Positions 44,155-52,455 of a stretch of DNA of 56,485 nt are shown piece by piece. Within the stretch, counting starts at the first letter, position 1. The number at the start of each line of letters is the position of its first letter. The DNA is from a virus, in the IMG/VR virus record IMGVR_UViG_3300011443_000003, positions 1 to 56,485 of that record. One strand, written 5' to 3'. The translations under genes were made by a program, and so were the position numbers. The notes beneath the pieces were generated by a model, which had not been told where the DNA came from, did no database searches, and saw only the letters and a list, made by a program, of their open reading frames with translations.

Positions 44155-45030
44155 TTAGTTTGTTGTTACAGTTACTCCTCTGGCTACCATTGTGTTTTTA
44201 TCTGTGACACCTTGTCCGGTGGGGCCTGCATTCGTTCCGCCTTCTACTTTTATAAATCCCCCTCCGGTGAAAAGCGGGCTTGCAACAGCGCGAGCGAACA
44301 CTTGATTTACAGTAGTGTTCAGAAGCGCGTTATCGCTGAAATCCACGGTGCATGGGCCTCCAAATACGACATTTGGAATGCTTATATTTGTCAGACCTGT
44401 GTTGAATTCTATTACTATCGATGCGTTCGTATCGACTGATGTCAAACTTGATAAATCCAGGGATGTGATCGGCAGGCTGTAAATTGTAAGGTAAGACCCA
44501 TTACCCATCGTTGAGAAACTCGGAAGCGATAAAGCGGTCTGTGCTGGCAAATCTCCAACATCTAGCCCTGCGTTGTCGCTGAGGGTTTGAAAAGAATCTA
44601 AGTTGATCGATGAAAGCAACGGGCAGCCCGACGCAATTGGAATGTATCCACTGTCTCCGATTGTAACCAACGAAGAAAGGTCAAGAGTCGTCAGGGCCGC
44701 ATTGTTGTCTATGTCAATGCGGCCAAGGCAGTTTACCAAATTAGGGAAGGACAGTAGTGTCGCATCTTGAAAATCTCCACAGTCAAGATGCGCCCCGACC
44801 GCAACCGTTGTTAGTCCTGATAAAATGAAGTTTGTTATGCCGCCAGGACCAGGAGTCGGAAGACCCGCCATCGGATACCAGTCTCCTGTTAGCGTGCCTG
44901 AAGCGAATGTAATTTGATTTGCCACAACCTCCAACGTCCAATCTCCTGCCGTGAGACTGTTCGCACGCCAGAGATTGCCAGTCGCGGTGTCTTTGTAGAT
45001 TTGGCCGATGAAATCAGGTGTTACACTCAT
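44155..45030 (-). CDS. Leucine-rich-repeat (BspA-like) fibre/receptor-binding candidate
   Basis: The ATG at 45030 forms an ATGA overlap. LRR units include LTTLDLSSLVTIG, LLSSINLDSFQTL and ITSLDLSSLTSV. There is no signal peptide. Confidence 0.55.
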   Translation of the reverse strand: MSVTPDFIGQIYKDTATGNLWRANSLTAGDWTLEVVANQITFASGTLTGDWYPMAGLPTPGPGGITNFILSGLTTVAVGAHLDCGDFQDATLLSFPNLVNCLGRIDIDNNAALTTLDLSSLVTIGDSGYIPIASGCPLLSSINLDSFQTLSDNAGLDVGDLPAQTALSLPSFSTMGNGSYLTIYSLPITSLDLSSLTSVDTNASIVIEFNTGLTNISIPNVVFGGPCTVDFSDNALLNTTVNQVFARAVASPLFTGGGFIKVEGGTNAGPTGQGVTDKNTMVARGVTVTTN

Positions 45031-45332
45031 GTTGGATCTCCTGCTCCTTCTACGTTCACACAATCACCACCAGGAGCTGGAGGAACTACCCCGCCGCTGA
45101 TAATGCACATCAAGTACGGCTCAAGTAACTGCAATTGCCTTGGTGTAAGGCATTGGAAGCAGGCGGCGTCAGCCATCAGTGTTGCTGGATCAAGGCTTCC
45201 ACCGGCTATCACGGCCAACAGATAGGTTTTTACCACATCCCGCTGCGCCTTGGTTAGGCATGAGAAGCATGCGCTTAGTTCCGCTACGGTGCTTGTGTCG
45301 CAAACAAATTCAGGCATATCATTCGACTCCAA
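45027..45332 (-). CDS. Small Cys-motif repeat protein (two CFxCLTxxQ...LL...GG modules)
   Basis: 101-aa ORF with modules LSACFSCLTKAQRDVVKTYLLAVIAGG and ADAACFQCLTPRQLQLLEPYLMCIISGG. Confidence 0.55.
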   Translation of the reverse strand: MESNDMPEFVCDTSTVAELSACFSCLTKAQRDVVKTYLLAVIAGGSLDPATLMADAACFQCLTPRQLQLLEPYLMCIISGGVVPPAPGGDCVNVEGAGDPT

Positions 45333-45528
45333 TCATACCGCCATCTTCGCCACCGATAATCCCGCTTCCGCCTTCTTCCCCAATAACAATGATGTCCTCC
45401 TCTGGGGCTATTCCTCCAGCCGCCACGCATAGCAATTGGGTCAACGCGGCATCAGATTGCTGCGCGGTCAGGCAGTTATTGAAGCAAGCTGCCGCGCTTA
45501 CTATGTCCTGAACAGAACACGATGCCAT
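45319..45528 (-). CDS. Small Cys-motif repeat protein (one module plus acidic Gly-rich tail)
   Basis: 69-aa ORF with module SAAACFNNCLTAQQSDAALTQLLCVAAGG. Confidence 0.5.
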   Translation of the reverse strand: MASCSVQDIVSAAACFNNCLTAQQSDAALTQLLCVAAGGIAPEEDIIVIGEEGGSGIIGGEDGGMIGVE

Positions 45529-45579
45529 AGTGGTTTAGAGAAGGGCGACGGCGTTACCCGCCGCCCGTTGAATTGTTTC

Positions 45580-45912
45580 TTACGTTGTCAGGGCGAGCGT
45601 CAGCAAATGTGTGTGCAACGCCTTGATCGTCTGAGGATCGGCGCATAGCAGGCATTTGATCTTCGCCATCAGTTCAGCAGACGTTTCACCGTTGTCCTGC
45701 TGCGTCCATAGGAATGAAGCGATGCTTTGTTTTAGCTGCGTTTCACTCCAGCACTTAAGGCACACGGTATCGTCTACCAAGGTGCTCAAGTCATCCGGCA
45801 GGGTATATCCGGCTTTCTCAGCCAGAAGCAGGACCAGTAAAGCGTCCAGTTCCTTGCCAAAGAAGCATTGCACGCACGGGTTGGTTTCGATGTAGTTTAC
45901 GGCTGTAGCCAT
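45580..45912 (-). CDS. Small Cys-motif repeat protein (three divergent CxxC modules)
   Basis: 110-aa ORF with modules CVQCFFGKELDALLVLLLAEKAG, CLKCWSETQLKQSIASFLW and CLLCADPQTIKALHTHLLTLAL. Confidence 0.5.
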   Translation of the reverse strand: MATAVNYIETNPCVQCFFGKELDALLVLLLAEKAGYTLPDDLSTLVDDTVCLKCWSETQLKQSIASFLWTQQDNGETSAELMAKIKCLLCADPQTIKALHTHLLTLALTT

Positions 45913-45914
45913 AT

Positions 45915-46220
45915 TTATCCTTTGTCCATAGCGTCGATTTCCTCGTCGCTAGTCATTTCCATTGGTTTCTTTTTGTCGGAAATTGAATATTCCAACTCCA
46001 CTTCATCGCCGTGGTCGGCCACAACGCGCATCATGCACTTGTCTCCAACCTTCGTCATGTCGCCCAAAGCCGTTTTTGGTGCCAGGATGGTTTTACTGGA
46101 ATTCTCGGCATTTTCTTCGTCAACGGTTTCAGGTGAGGATTCGTCGGTGGATTCCTGTGCGGTGGATTCAGACGGGTACATGGCATCCATGCCGTCATCG
46201 CCTTCGGGTTGGCTAATCAT
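45915..46220 (-). CDS. Acidic small protein directly downstream of the capsid gene
   Basis: 101-aa ORF with a D/E/S-rich N-half and a C-half containing KVGDKCMMRVVADHGDEVELEY. Confidence 0.5.
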   Translation of the reverse strand: MISQPEGDDGMDAMYPSESTAQESTDESSPETVDEENAENSSKTILAPKTALGDMTKVGDKCMMRVVADHGDEVELEYSISDKKKPMEMTSDEEIDAMDKG

Positions 46221-46295
46221 AGTGTTTATCGGTTAAAGAATCCCTCCAGCCTGAAACCACCACGAAACAGGCCGGAGGGACCAGTCACCAAACGA

Positions 46296-47846
46296 TTAGT
46301 CCACCGTGAACGGAATCGCTATTGAGCTGCAAGCCGTGCCAGTAAGCGTGATGTCCGCACCAGCAACCGCCCATGTGCCCAAAGCAGCGGCCTTGCTGTT
46401 CAACTGAGCCACCAAAGTAGCCAAGCTGACTGCGCCGGTAATCGCGTCATGAACCACGACCATGCCATTGCATTGAATCGAGTTCATCGGAATCTCGTAG
46501 GTCGAGGTGGCAGGACTGATTTCAGGAGTGACGGTAATCGTCTCATCCACCGTAGCGCATTCCGTGTTAGCCGAACTGTAATCCTGCACATAACACACAG
46601 GATCAGCCGCGCACCGGGGAATATCCACAACGCAGGCGGGTTCACGCAGGGTCAAGAACGCTTCCGCAAACTCGGGATACTGCGCTTGGGTAGCGAAACT
46701 GAAGTCAGCCAAGAACTTACCCTTGTTGCCGCGAGAGTTATCAACCGCAATCGGGTTGCCGTTGACATCCACGCCGCAGGTAAGGTTATTCATGGCGAAC
46801 TGCCACTTGCCACCGAAATCCCTAGCCGCAAACGGCATTTCAGGGTTAATCGCCGTGGTATCACGCACCAGGCTCATCATGGCCATGCGGTGCCAAATGA
46901 AGTTCATCTGGATCGGGGCATTGGTGAACTGGTCGTTAACCTGTTCCTTAATGCCTTCAGTTGCCGCAACGTTGTTATACGGGAATATTACCCCGAGTTG
47001 CCATGTGCCATCGGAATTCTGCGTGTTCTTGTCGCAGAACCGGAGCGGCATGGAATCAGCACGCATACCGAAATTGCCGATCTTGCCCATCCAACCGTAC
47101 TTGTAGAACTTGCCTGCATCATCGAAACTCTGGAATTTCCAGTGGTCGGACAGCTCGGGATTGCCTTCAACCATGTCCCATACCGTAGTCATATCCAACA
47201 CGGTTTCCAGCATCGGCTGAGTACCGCGGTTGATGTCCTCGCCCAAGGCACCTTCCAAAATCTGAGGTTCAACGCGCCGTTGCAAATGGCGAGCCGTCAT
47301 CTTGGAAGTCGGCTTGGTAGCCACATTGAGAACCGTGCAATCCGTATTCCAATACCAGCTATTAGCAGTCAAACCGCTGGCCGTCGCCCATTTATACTTG
47401 GCGATGCGTGCCGCCTCAGTCCGCATTCGATGCGAAACAATCAGGCTGGATGCCCGACGCAGCGTGCGGATAATGTGCGCGAACTGTTTCTTGGCACGAT
47501 CCGCGCTCAAAATCTGGTCGAAGCAGAACAAGTCAGTTGCGTAGCTCTTGCGCTGAAGCTTGTAGCTGTCCCGAGTGAAGCCCAAGCCGATCCTGGTTTC
47601 AGTCGGATCGCAGGGTTTGCCAACGCAGGAAGTGGCTGTAACGTCTTCCCAACAGCCGCTTAGGTCTGGAAATACGTTCTCGAAACGGTCGAAGGTGTGC
47701 TCAACGCCATCCTCGGCAGCGAAGCGGCCTGTGGAGACGTGGCCAATCCAAGTATCTGTCGGATGGAGACTTTTGATGATATTGTCGTCGAGGTGCTCAG
47801 ACTTTCGGGAGAGAAAATCAGTAAAACTACTGCAAGGGATTGCCAT
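46296..47846 (-). CDS. Major capsid protein candidate
   Basis: 516-aa ORF downstream of the portal and scaffold, with its own roughly 250-nt upstream non-coding region. The assignment rests on size and position. I recall no diagnostic motif. Confidence 0.55.
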   Translation of the reverse strand: MAIPCSSFTDFLSRKSEHLDDNIIKSLHPTDTWIGHVSTGRFAAEDGVEHTFDRFENVFPDLSGCWEDVTATSCVGKPCDPTETRIGLGFTRDSYKLQRKSYATDLFCFDQILSADRAKKQFAHIIRTLRRASSLIVSHRMRTEAARIAKYKWATASGLTANSWYWNTDCTVLNVATKPTSKMTARHLQRRVEPQILEGALGEDINRGTQPMLETVLDMTTVWDMVEGNPELSDHWKFQSFDDAGKFYKYGWMGKIGNFGMRADSMPLRFCDKNTQNSDGTWQLGVIFPYNNVAATEGIKEQVNDQFTNAPIQMNFIWHRMAMMSLVRDTTAINPEMPFAARDFGGKWQFAMNNLTCGVDVNGNPIAVDNSRGNKGKFLADFSFATQAQYPEFAEAFLTLREPACVVDIPRCAADPVCYVQDYSSANTECATVDETITVTPEISPATSTYEIPMNSIQCNGMVVVHDAITGAVSLATLVAQLNSKAAALGTWAVAGADITLTGTACSSIAIPFTVD

Positions 47847-48097
47847 AAATTCTTCAAAAACTATTGTTATGTCGGTTGCATCATGCCTGCGTAGCTACAC
47901 ACGTAGCGCGTAGACAATCTGCGGGGTGTTTTTGAAGTGGATGGGGCTTCTGGGGCACCTGCCCATCAACTAACCATCCTGTCGCTCGGTCCTAACACGA
48001 CGACTGAAGAACCGATTGGCAACTGCGTTACCTGCTCGCTGGCTCGACGGCGACGTTTACGAACCTGAAGTGGTTTTAACCCTAACCCGTTAAAGTG

Positions 48098-48592
48098 TCA
48101 ACTGATATTCTCTGACCTGTTGGTTCTATACTCCCCAAAGTACTTAACTTCCGCCGCCAATCTTACACTTTTGGCTTTTTCAAGAGTTGGGAAATATCCC
48201 AGATGAATGTTTTTCTGATTCACCATGATCCTAGCCGCATAATATCTACCGGATTTGTGCAAACTGACTCCTTTAGCCCCAGATGTATTGGCTCTAGAAA
48301 GTGCCTGATTTCTTAAATTCTCAGCATGTGTGCAAACCCTCAAATTTCCCTTCTGATTGTTCAGCCCATTCCCGTCTATATGGTCGCACTCCTCGTTGTA
48401 CGAATAGTTCATTATCTGTTGGTGCATCGTAACAGTTATCTTCTTTTTCGATGCGTAATAATGAGCACGAACAGCATATCCGACTCCATGACCTCTTATC
48501 TTTACAAAGTGCCACTTGAAGCTGTTCAACTCTTCATAATCCTCATCATCAACAATCGCAACCCTACCTTGAGTCAGTGGAATTTCTTTCAT
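48098..48592 (-). CDS. HNH-AP2 homing endonuclease
   Basis: The ATG at 48592 forms an ATGA overlap. The HNH core is CDHIDGNGLNNQKGNLRVCTHAENLRN. The AP2-like domain is GVSLHKSGRYYAARIMVNQKNIHLGYFPTLEKA. Confidence 0.75.
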   Translation of the reverse strand: MKEIPLTQGRVAIVDDEDYEELNSFKWHFVKIRGHGVGYAVRAHYYASKKKITVTMHQQIMNYSYNEECDHIDGNGLNNQKGNLRVCTHAENLRNQALSRANTSGAKGVSLHKSGRYYAARIMVNQKNIHLGYFPTLEKAKSVRLAAEVKYFGEYRTNRSENIS

Positions 48593-48969
48593 AGATCGCC
48601 CCCACAGTGAGGGCAAAATTTCTTTGGCTTTTCAATCCAGTCAGCTCCAGACCATTTGCATACTTCTTCATGGGTCTTTTTTCCATAGCATCGTATTCCA
48701 GCCGGATTTGCCGGAGATAATATGCCTCTCTCTATAGCCAATTTAGCCGTTGGTTTGTCGTATATTCTATGCTCAATCAATACGTTTCTTGCTCGCGTTG
48801 ATAGCCCTGCATGCTGACCCTTTAATACGCATCCAAGCTTGATTAATTCAGAAATTGAAACCGGACCAATGCCTCTGTACAGGCTGGCTTGTCTTTCAGA
48901 CATTGGAAGTTTTCCTTTAGCGTCTAGCAAGAATCGGTCTATGATTTTTTGAAGTAATTTCGGATTCAT
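48589..48969 (-). CDS. Helix-hairpin-helix (RpoA-CTD-like) protein with C-terminal CxxC
   Basis: ATG at 48969 (MNPKLLQKI...), directly after the terminator T-run. It has LSTRARNVLIEH and a C-terminal CPHCGG. The track start at 48990 is a GTG inside the terminator. Confidence 0.5.
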   Translation of the reverse strand: MNPKLLQKIIDRFLLDAKGKLPMSERQASLYRGIGPVSISELIKLGCVLKGQHAGLSTRARNVLIEHRIYDKPTAKLAIERGILSPANPAGIRCYGKKTHEEVCKWSGADWIEKPKKFCPHCGGDL

Positions 48970-49011
48970 AAAAACAAAAACGCCCCGCACGATCTTGCGT
49001 GCCTATCGGGG
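48970..49011 (-). terminator. Rho-independent terminator (minus strand) after the PAPS-reductase-like gene
   Basis: The minus-strand sense reads ccccgataggcacgcaagatcgtgcgggg, followed by cgtttttgttttt. The core stem is gcacg/cgtgc, flanked by cccc/gggg. Confidence 0.5.
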
Positions 49012-49120
49012 AATAGCCGAATCGGCATCGTGCAGGGCAAATTGTTGAAGGCTTTAATGGACGCAAGACCATTGCTTCAAAACTCCATCATATTGGCACG
49101 GGAGTCAAGGGGGGAGTTGG

Positions 49121-49900
49121 TTAAAGAAAGCACTCTCCAGACGGGCAACTGGATGAGAATAGATCGTCTGGAATTGACAAGTCAGCATCTCGCAATGGTT
49201 TAATCGTGCTGTGCAGGAAAGCGTTAGGATCTCTTTCCCTGATCGACTCGTCTAGTTGAATCGCTTTCTCGAACAACTCTGGATAATCGGATTGGACTTC
49301 ATTCCACTCGTAGTCCGATTGATTTGGACACATCCAGCATCTTGACCTTGGCGGTTTAGGCCAACCCATTCTTTCCACTATTCGGATCGCTTCGTGCCTT
49401 TTTGTTGGCACTCCATGCACCAATGGAAAATAAATGAGTCCTCTCTTGTATTCTTCTCCGTCCATCATTCGGAGCACTCGGTTTGTCTCATCCATTGAAA
49501 AGCCGATCCATTTCCGATATTCAGAACGATCTAATCCGTGGACTTTTTTCAGGTATCTATTGCACACTCGGACTTTCCATTTATCAGAGCAGAATGACGA
49601 CAGCTTTGATGCCTCTCCGGTCTGATTTGAAAATGCTGGAATTAACAGAGATCCGCTTTGGTGGAACTCTCCTTTATCCGCATCACTGCAATATTCTTGG
49701 CTGATGCGATGGACTTCACAGCCGATTGATTTCAGCGCGGGTATAGTTACGGCCTCAAGATATTGCCAAGTGGTAGGCATTTCCCTGCCAGTGTCAGCGA
49801 TTATGGTGAAATCCGGCTTAGGAAGTTTCCCTTGGACAATAAGGGCAGCGATAGCTGTGCTTTGGGTTCCGCCACCGCTGGAAAAAACTTGCTTAAGCAT
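49121..49900 (-). CDS. PP-loop / phosphoadenosine phosphosulfate (PAPS) reductase family protein
   Basis: 259-aa ORF with an N-terminal PP-loop-like FSSGGGTQSTAI and a C-terminal Cys pair, CWMCPNQ. Confidence 0.6.
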   Translation of the reverse strand: MLKQVFSSGGGTQSTAIAALIVQGKLPKPDFTIIADTGREMPTTWQYLEAVTIPALKSIGCEVHRISQEYCSDADKGEFHQSGSLLIPAFSNQTGEASKLSSFCSDKWKVRVCNRYLKKVHGLDRSEYRKWIGFSMDETNRVLRMMDGEEYKRGLIYFPLVHGVPTKRHEAIRIVERMGWPKPPRSRCWMCPNQSDYEWNEVQSDYPELFEKAIQLDESIRERDPNAFLHSTIKPLRDADLSIPDDLFSSSCPSGECFL

Positions 49901-50216
49901 ACGAGTCTTTTTTTAGCAGTTCCCATGCTCGCGTTCTCATGTTGTGATCATCTGCATTATTTGATACCCAAAGCAGTTCATCTCTGATGGTTTCAACTCT
50001 TTTAAGCAACGCATCTCGTTCTTTGATAGAAGCGTTATAGAGTGAATTTAATCCAGCCACATCGTGCATTTCAAAGTCTAAACCACGTTTAAGGCAATCA
50101 CGTTCTTTGGTTAGTTTGGCGTTCTCGGCGGTGAGTTGAACTATCATAGACTCCCTGTAGTCCACATTGCCAACAATGTGCTTCAGTTGCTCTAGCGTGG
50201 TTTTTGGTTCGTTCAT
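49893..50216 (-). CDS. Coiled-coil hypothetical protein
   Basis: 107-aa ORF. Confidence 0.55.
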   Translation of the reverse strand: MNEPKTTLEQLKHIVGNVDYRESMIVQLTAENAKLTKERDCLKRGLDFEMHDVAGLNSLYNASIKERDALLKRVETIRDELLWVSNNADDHNMRTRAWELLKKDSYA

Positions 50217-50225
50217 AATCTAAAA

Positions 50226-50278
50226 TCCCCCTTCCAGCCTAGTACGCCAGCAAGAGATTGCCAGCACCGGAAGGGGGA
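50226..50278 (-). other. Long hairpin (10-bp G/C-rich stem) between the GroES-like gene and the next gene
   Basis: tcccccttcc (50226-50235) pairs perfectly with ggaaggggga (50269-50278). On the minus strand a TTTT run follows. It is a possible terminator or attenuator. Confidence 0.45.
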
Positions 50279-50377
50279 AATTGTTGATTGTTTTCACGGG
50301 TACTAGTCCGTTGATTTGCCTGAGTATGCAACAGGTGATTTGGCGAGTCAACAAAAAACCCCTGATGAATTGGTTTG

Positions 50378-50662
50378 CTAGACGTAAACTCCAAGAACCT
50401 GCGTACCTTTCAGCAGCTTCAAACACCGCGCACCCTCGTTGACCACCGTCCCCGTCCGTTGCCCGACGATTACGCGGTCGCCCAAGACGAACTCAAAGGG
50501 CCGTTTATGGTCCACGCTGCCCATCCTACGCACGATTGCGTCAACGGGGTAGTCTTGAGCCTGTTCAGGGATATGCAGCCCGCCATTGGTCTTGGTGGTT
50601 AGCTGAAGCTCAACTAGGACGTGACCCCGCTTGGGTCGCACGTTGGTGATTTTGTAGTTCAT
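50378..50662 (-). CDS. GroES/Cpn10-like co-chaperonin
   Basis: 94-aa ORF. VRPKRGHVLVEL...TNGGLHIPEQAQ...VLGDRVIV...LKGTQVLGV aligns by eye with the GroES pattern I(R/K)PLxDRVLV...GGI.IP...VGDxVxf. Confidence 0.55.
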   Translation of the reverse strand: MNYKITNVRPKRGHVLVELQLTTKTNGGLHIPEQAQDYPVDAIVRRMGSVDHKRPFEFVLGDRVIVGQRTGTVVNEGARCLKLLKGTQVLGVYV

Positions 50663-50757
50663 TTAGCTCTGAGGTTTTGCGAGATAGTGTATAGAACGAT
50701 GGTGAGTAAAATGATTACTCCGGGTATGACTCTGTAAATAAGTATTTCTTCGCTCAT
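50659..50757 (-). CDS. Possible 32-aa membrane peptide
   Basis: I translated it manually as MSEEILIYRVIPGVIILLTIVLYTISQNLRAK. It forms an ATGA overlap with the GroES-like start. Confidence 0.3.
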   Translation of the reverse strand: MSEEILIYRVIPGVIILLTIVLYTISQNLRAK

Positions 50758-50905
50758 AATCAAATTCAGCGTTTTTTGTTAACCGGATGCGGCGAATCCC
50801 CGGTGGTTACATTAGAGGCTGTCCGGGGCAAACACTAGATGTGTGGTAATCACCACATTTTCCGCACTGCATTGCACATCACCTCCTTTGTTTGTATTTT
50901 ATGAT

Positions 50906-52174
50906 TTACCGCTTATCCAAAGCCTCAATCTCCGCATTCGCATCATCCACCCAATTACCCGTCTTGGCGGTGGACGCTTCGCCTGCTTTGCCCGTGGGCG
51001 GTTCAGACTTCTCGTAGGCTTCCAGACTCGCCTTGAGTTCGGCTATCTGGCTATTGGCATTCTTCAGGTGCAACGCCAGTCGATCATGGTTCGCTGCCTT
51101 GTTGCGGATAACCGCCATGCGGGAAATCCTGGTTTCCTCTGGGATCGACGGATCACCAGAGAACACCTTATCCACGTAGTCCATGCCCTTGTCGAATACC
51201 GCATTGCCTTCGGGGTCGGTTGGCTCTTTTCCGAACCACTTGGGATACTTGGAGGCTAAGTCTGCGTTCGTCTTTTGCAGGATGCTTGCAACGCGGGCAT
51301 TGCGCTGATCCTGCTGAACTTTCAGGTTTTTCTCGCGCTCACTGCCGACTGTCTTGGCGTCGGCAATGGCCTTTTCTTGGGCTTCGGCCAAGTCTCTAAT
51401 GCGCTCAACGTGTCGAATAACTCTCGCCGCCGATCTTCCGAACATTGCTTCCGCTCGTTCGTCAAGAGTCGCCAATGGCGAGTTTGCAAGAGCAAGTACG
51501 TCTCCAGGAGTTGCCTGGCGAGTCGAACCATCTTCCTGAGTGACCGCAAGCTGCTCAATCTCCCGTACAGCTTTCGCCCACGCTTCGTTGTACGGCTTTT
51601 GGTACTTTTCGGTGAACTCTGGGTGTTTGACATAATTGGTGAACTTCAGTTCTTCCTCGTATTCCGCCGTCTTTTTCTCCAAGGCAGCGAGTTTTTCGAG
51701 GAGAGGCTTATTGTCCTCCGGTGGTTTTGACTCGTATTCCTTCAGCTTGGCTTCCAGAGCAGGAATCTTGCTCTCGTATTCCTTGATTTTCTGCTTGGCA
51801 CCGTCATAGGCAGCACGCAAGTCAGCGGCTTTGACGGGTTTAGCTGCACTCTCGGTAGCAGGGGAGGCAGATCCAGCATCCTTCTCCAACTCTGTAGAAG
51901 AATCCTTCGTATCCTTTTTGGCATCGGGTGCAGGTGCCGCTGGTGTACGCTCCTGCCGATTCTGCGAGGTTTTGGTTATCGCATCTTTCGCCGTTGACCC
52001 CTTGTCTATTGCGTCGAGTTCGGAGAAGGTGTCCCCGAGCGCCCCTTCGTCCGAGGAGGGAGACTCGGGCGGTGCGACGGGAGCGTTCGGGGACTTGGGG
52101 GTGGGCGTGGGAGAAGTTGGTTTTGGTGCTTGGGGTGCGCTTGTGGGCGCGGGGGCTGCGATTGTAGCTGGCAT
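50906..52174 (-). CDS. Scaffolding-protein candidate
   Basis: 422-aa ORF with a P/A/S/T-rich N-terminus followed by long coiled-coil segments. It lies between the portal and the capsid gene. Confidence 0.5.
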   Translation of the reverse strand: MPATIAAPAPTSAPQAPKPTSPTPTPKSPNAPVAPPESPSSDEGALGDTFSELDAIDKGSTAKDAITKTSQNRQERTPAAPAPDAKKDTKDSSTELEKDAGSASPATESAAKPVKAADLRAAYDGAKQKIKEYESKIPALEAKLKEYESKPPEDNKPLLEKLAALEKKTAEYEEELKFTNYVKHPEFTEKYQKPYNEAWAKAVREIEQLAVTQEDGSTRQATPGDVLALANSPLATLDERAEAMFGRSAARVIRHVERIRDLAEAQEKAIADAKTVGSEREKNLKVQQDQRNARVASILQKTNADLASKYPKWFGKEPTDPEGNAVFDKGMDYVDKVFSGDPSIPEETRISRMAVIRNKAANHDRLALHLKNANSQIAELKASLEAYEKSEPPTGKAGEASTAKTGNWVDDANAEIEALDKR

Positions 52175-52179
52175 GGTGG

Positions 52180-52455
52180 TTAGACTCCTGCTTGGTAGTT
52201 AAGACCTTGACGGGTCTCTTTCTTTGGTTCTTGGGTGGTTTCATGGAGGGTTTTGAGTGTTCTAAGAAAATCCTGCGCTCCAACCATCTTCATGTGCGAC
52301 TCGAACGCTTCTTCCTTGATTGGCGGCAGATTGTGCTGCATCTGGAGCAATGCGACATCACAAGCCTCGTCAAATATATGGTTGGATACGATCTGCTCCC
52401 ATTGCCCCGTTCGTATCTGCGACGATTGGAATTTCTCTTTGGGTGATTTGATCAT
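52180..52455 (-). CDS. Hypothetical protein
   Basis: 91-aa ORF with an ATGA overlap with the portal stop. Confidence 0.5.
   Translation of the reverse strand: MIKSPKEKFQSSQIRTGQWEQIVSNHIFDEACDVALLQMQHNLPPIKEEAFESHMKMVGAQDFLRTLKTLHETTQEPKKETRQGLNYQAGV

Noticed and set aside
46449-47663. 404-aa plus-strand ORF antisense to the capsid gene
   Set aside because: It lies entirely within and opposite a much longer, well-behaved minus-strand CDS. Its composition is R/H/G/A-rich with no motifs, as expected for a shadow ORF. The same reasoning applies to 2125-2775, 2178-2513, 6209-6688, 14315-14767 and other plus-strand track ORFs inside minus-strand genes.
47847-48097. Structured leader or hidden gene in the 250-nt gap before the capsid ATG
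   Set aside because: Only short palindromes (gtagctac) and small direct repeats (cgtagc, gcgtag) were seen. There is no ORF, tRNA-like shape or convincing promoter or terminator, so the evidence is insufficient.
50220-50426. 68-aa minus-strand ORF between the GroES-like gene and the coiled-coil gene
   Set aside because: It is made largely of the two arms of the 50226-50278 hairpin and overlaps the GroES-like 3' end. It is treated as non-coding structure.
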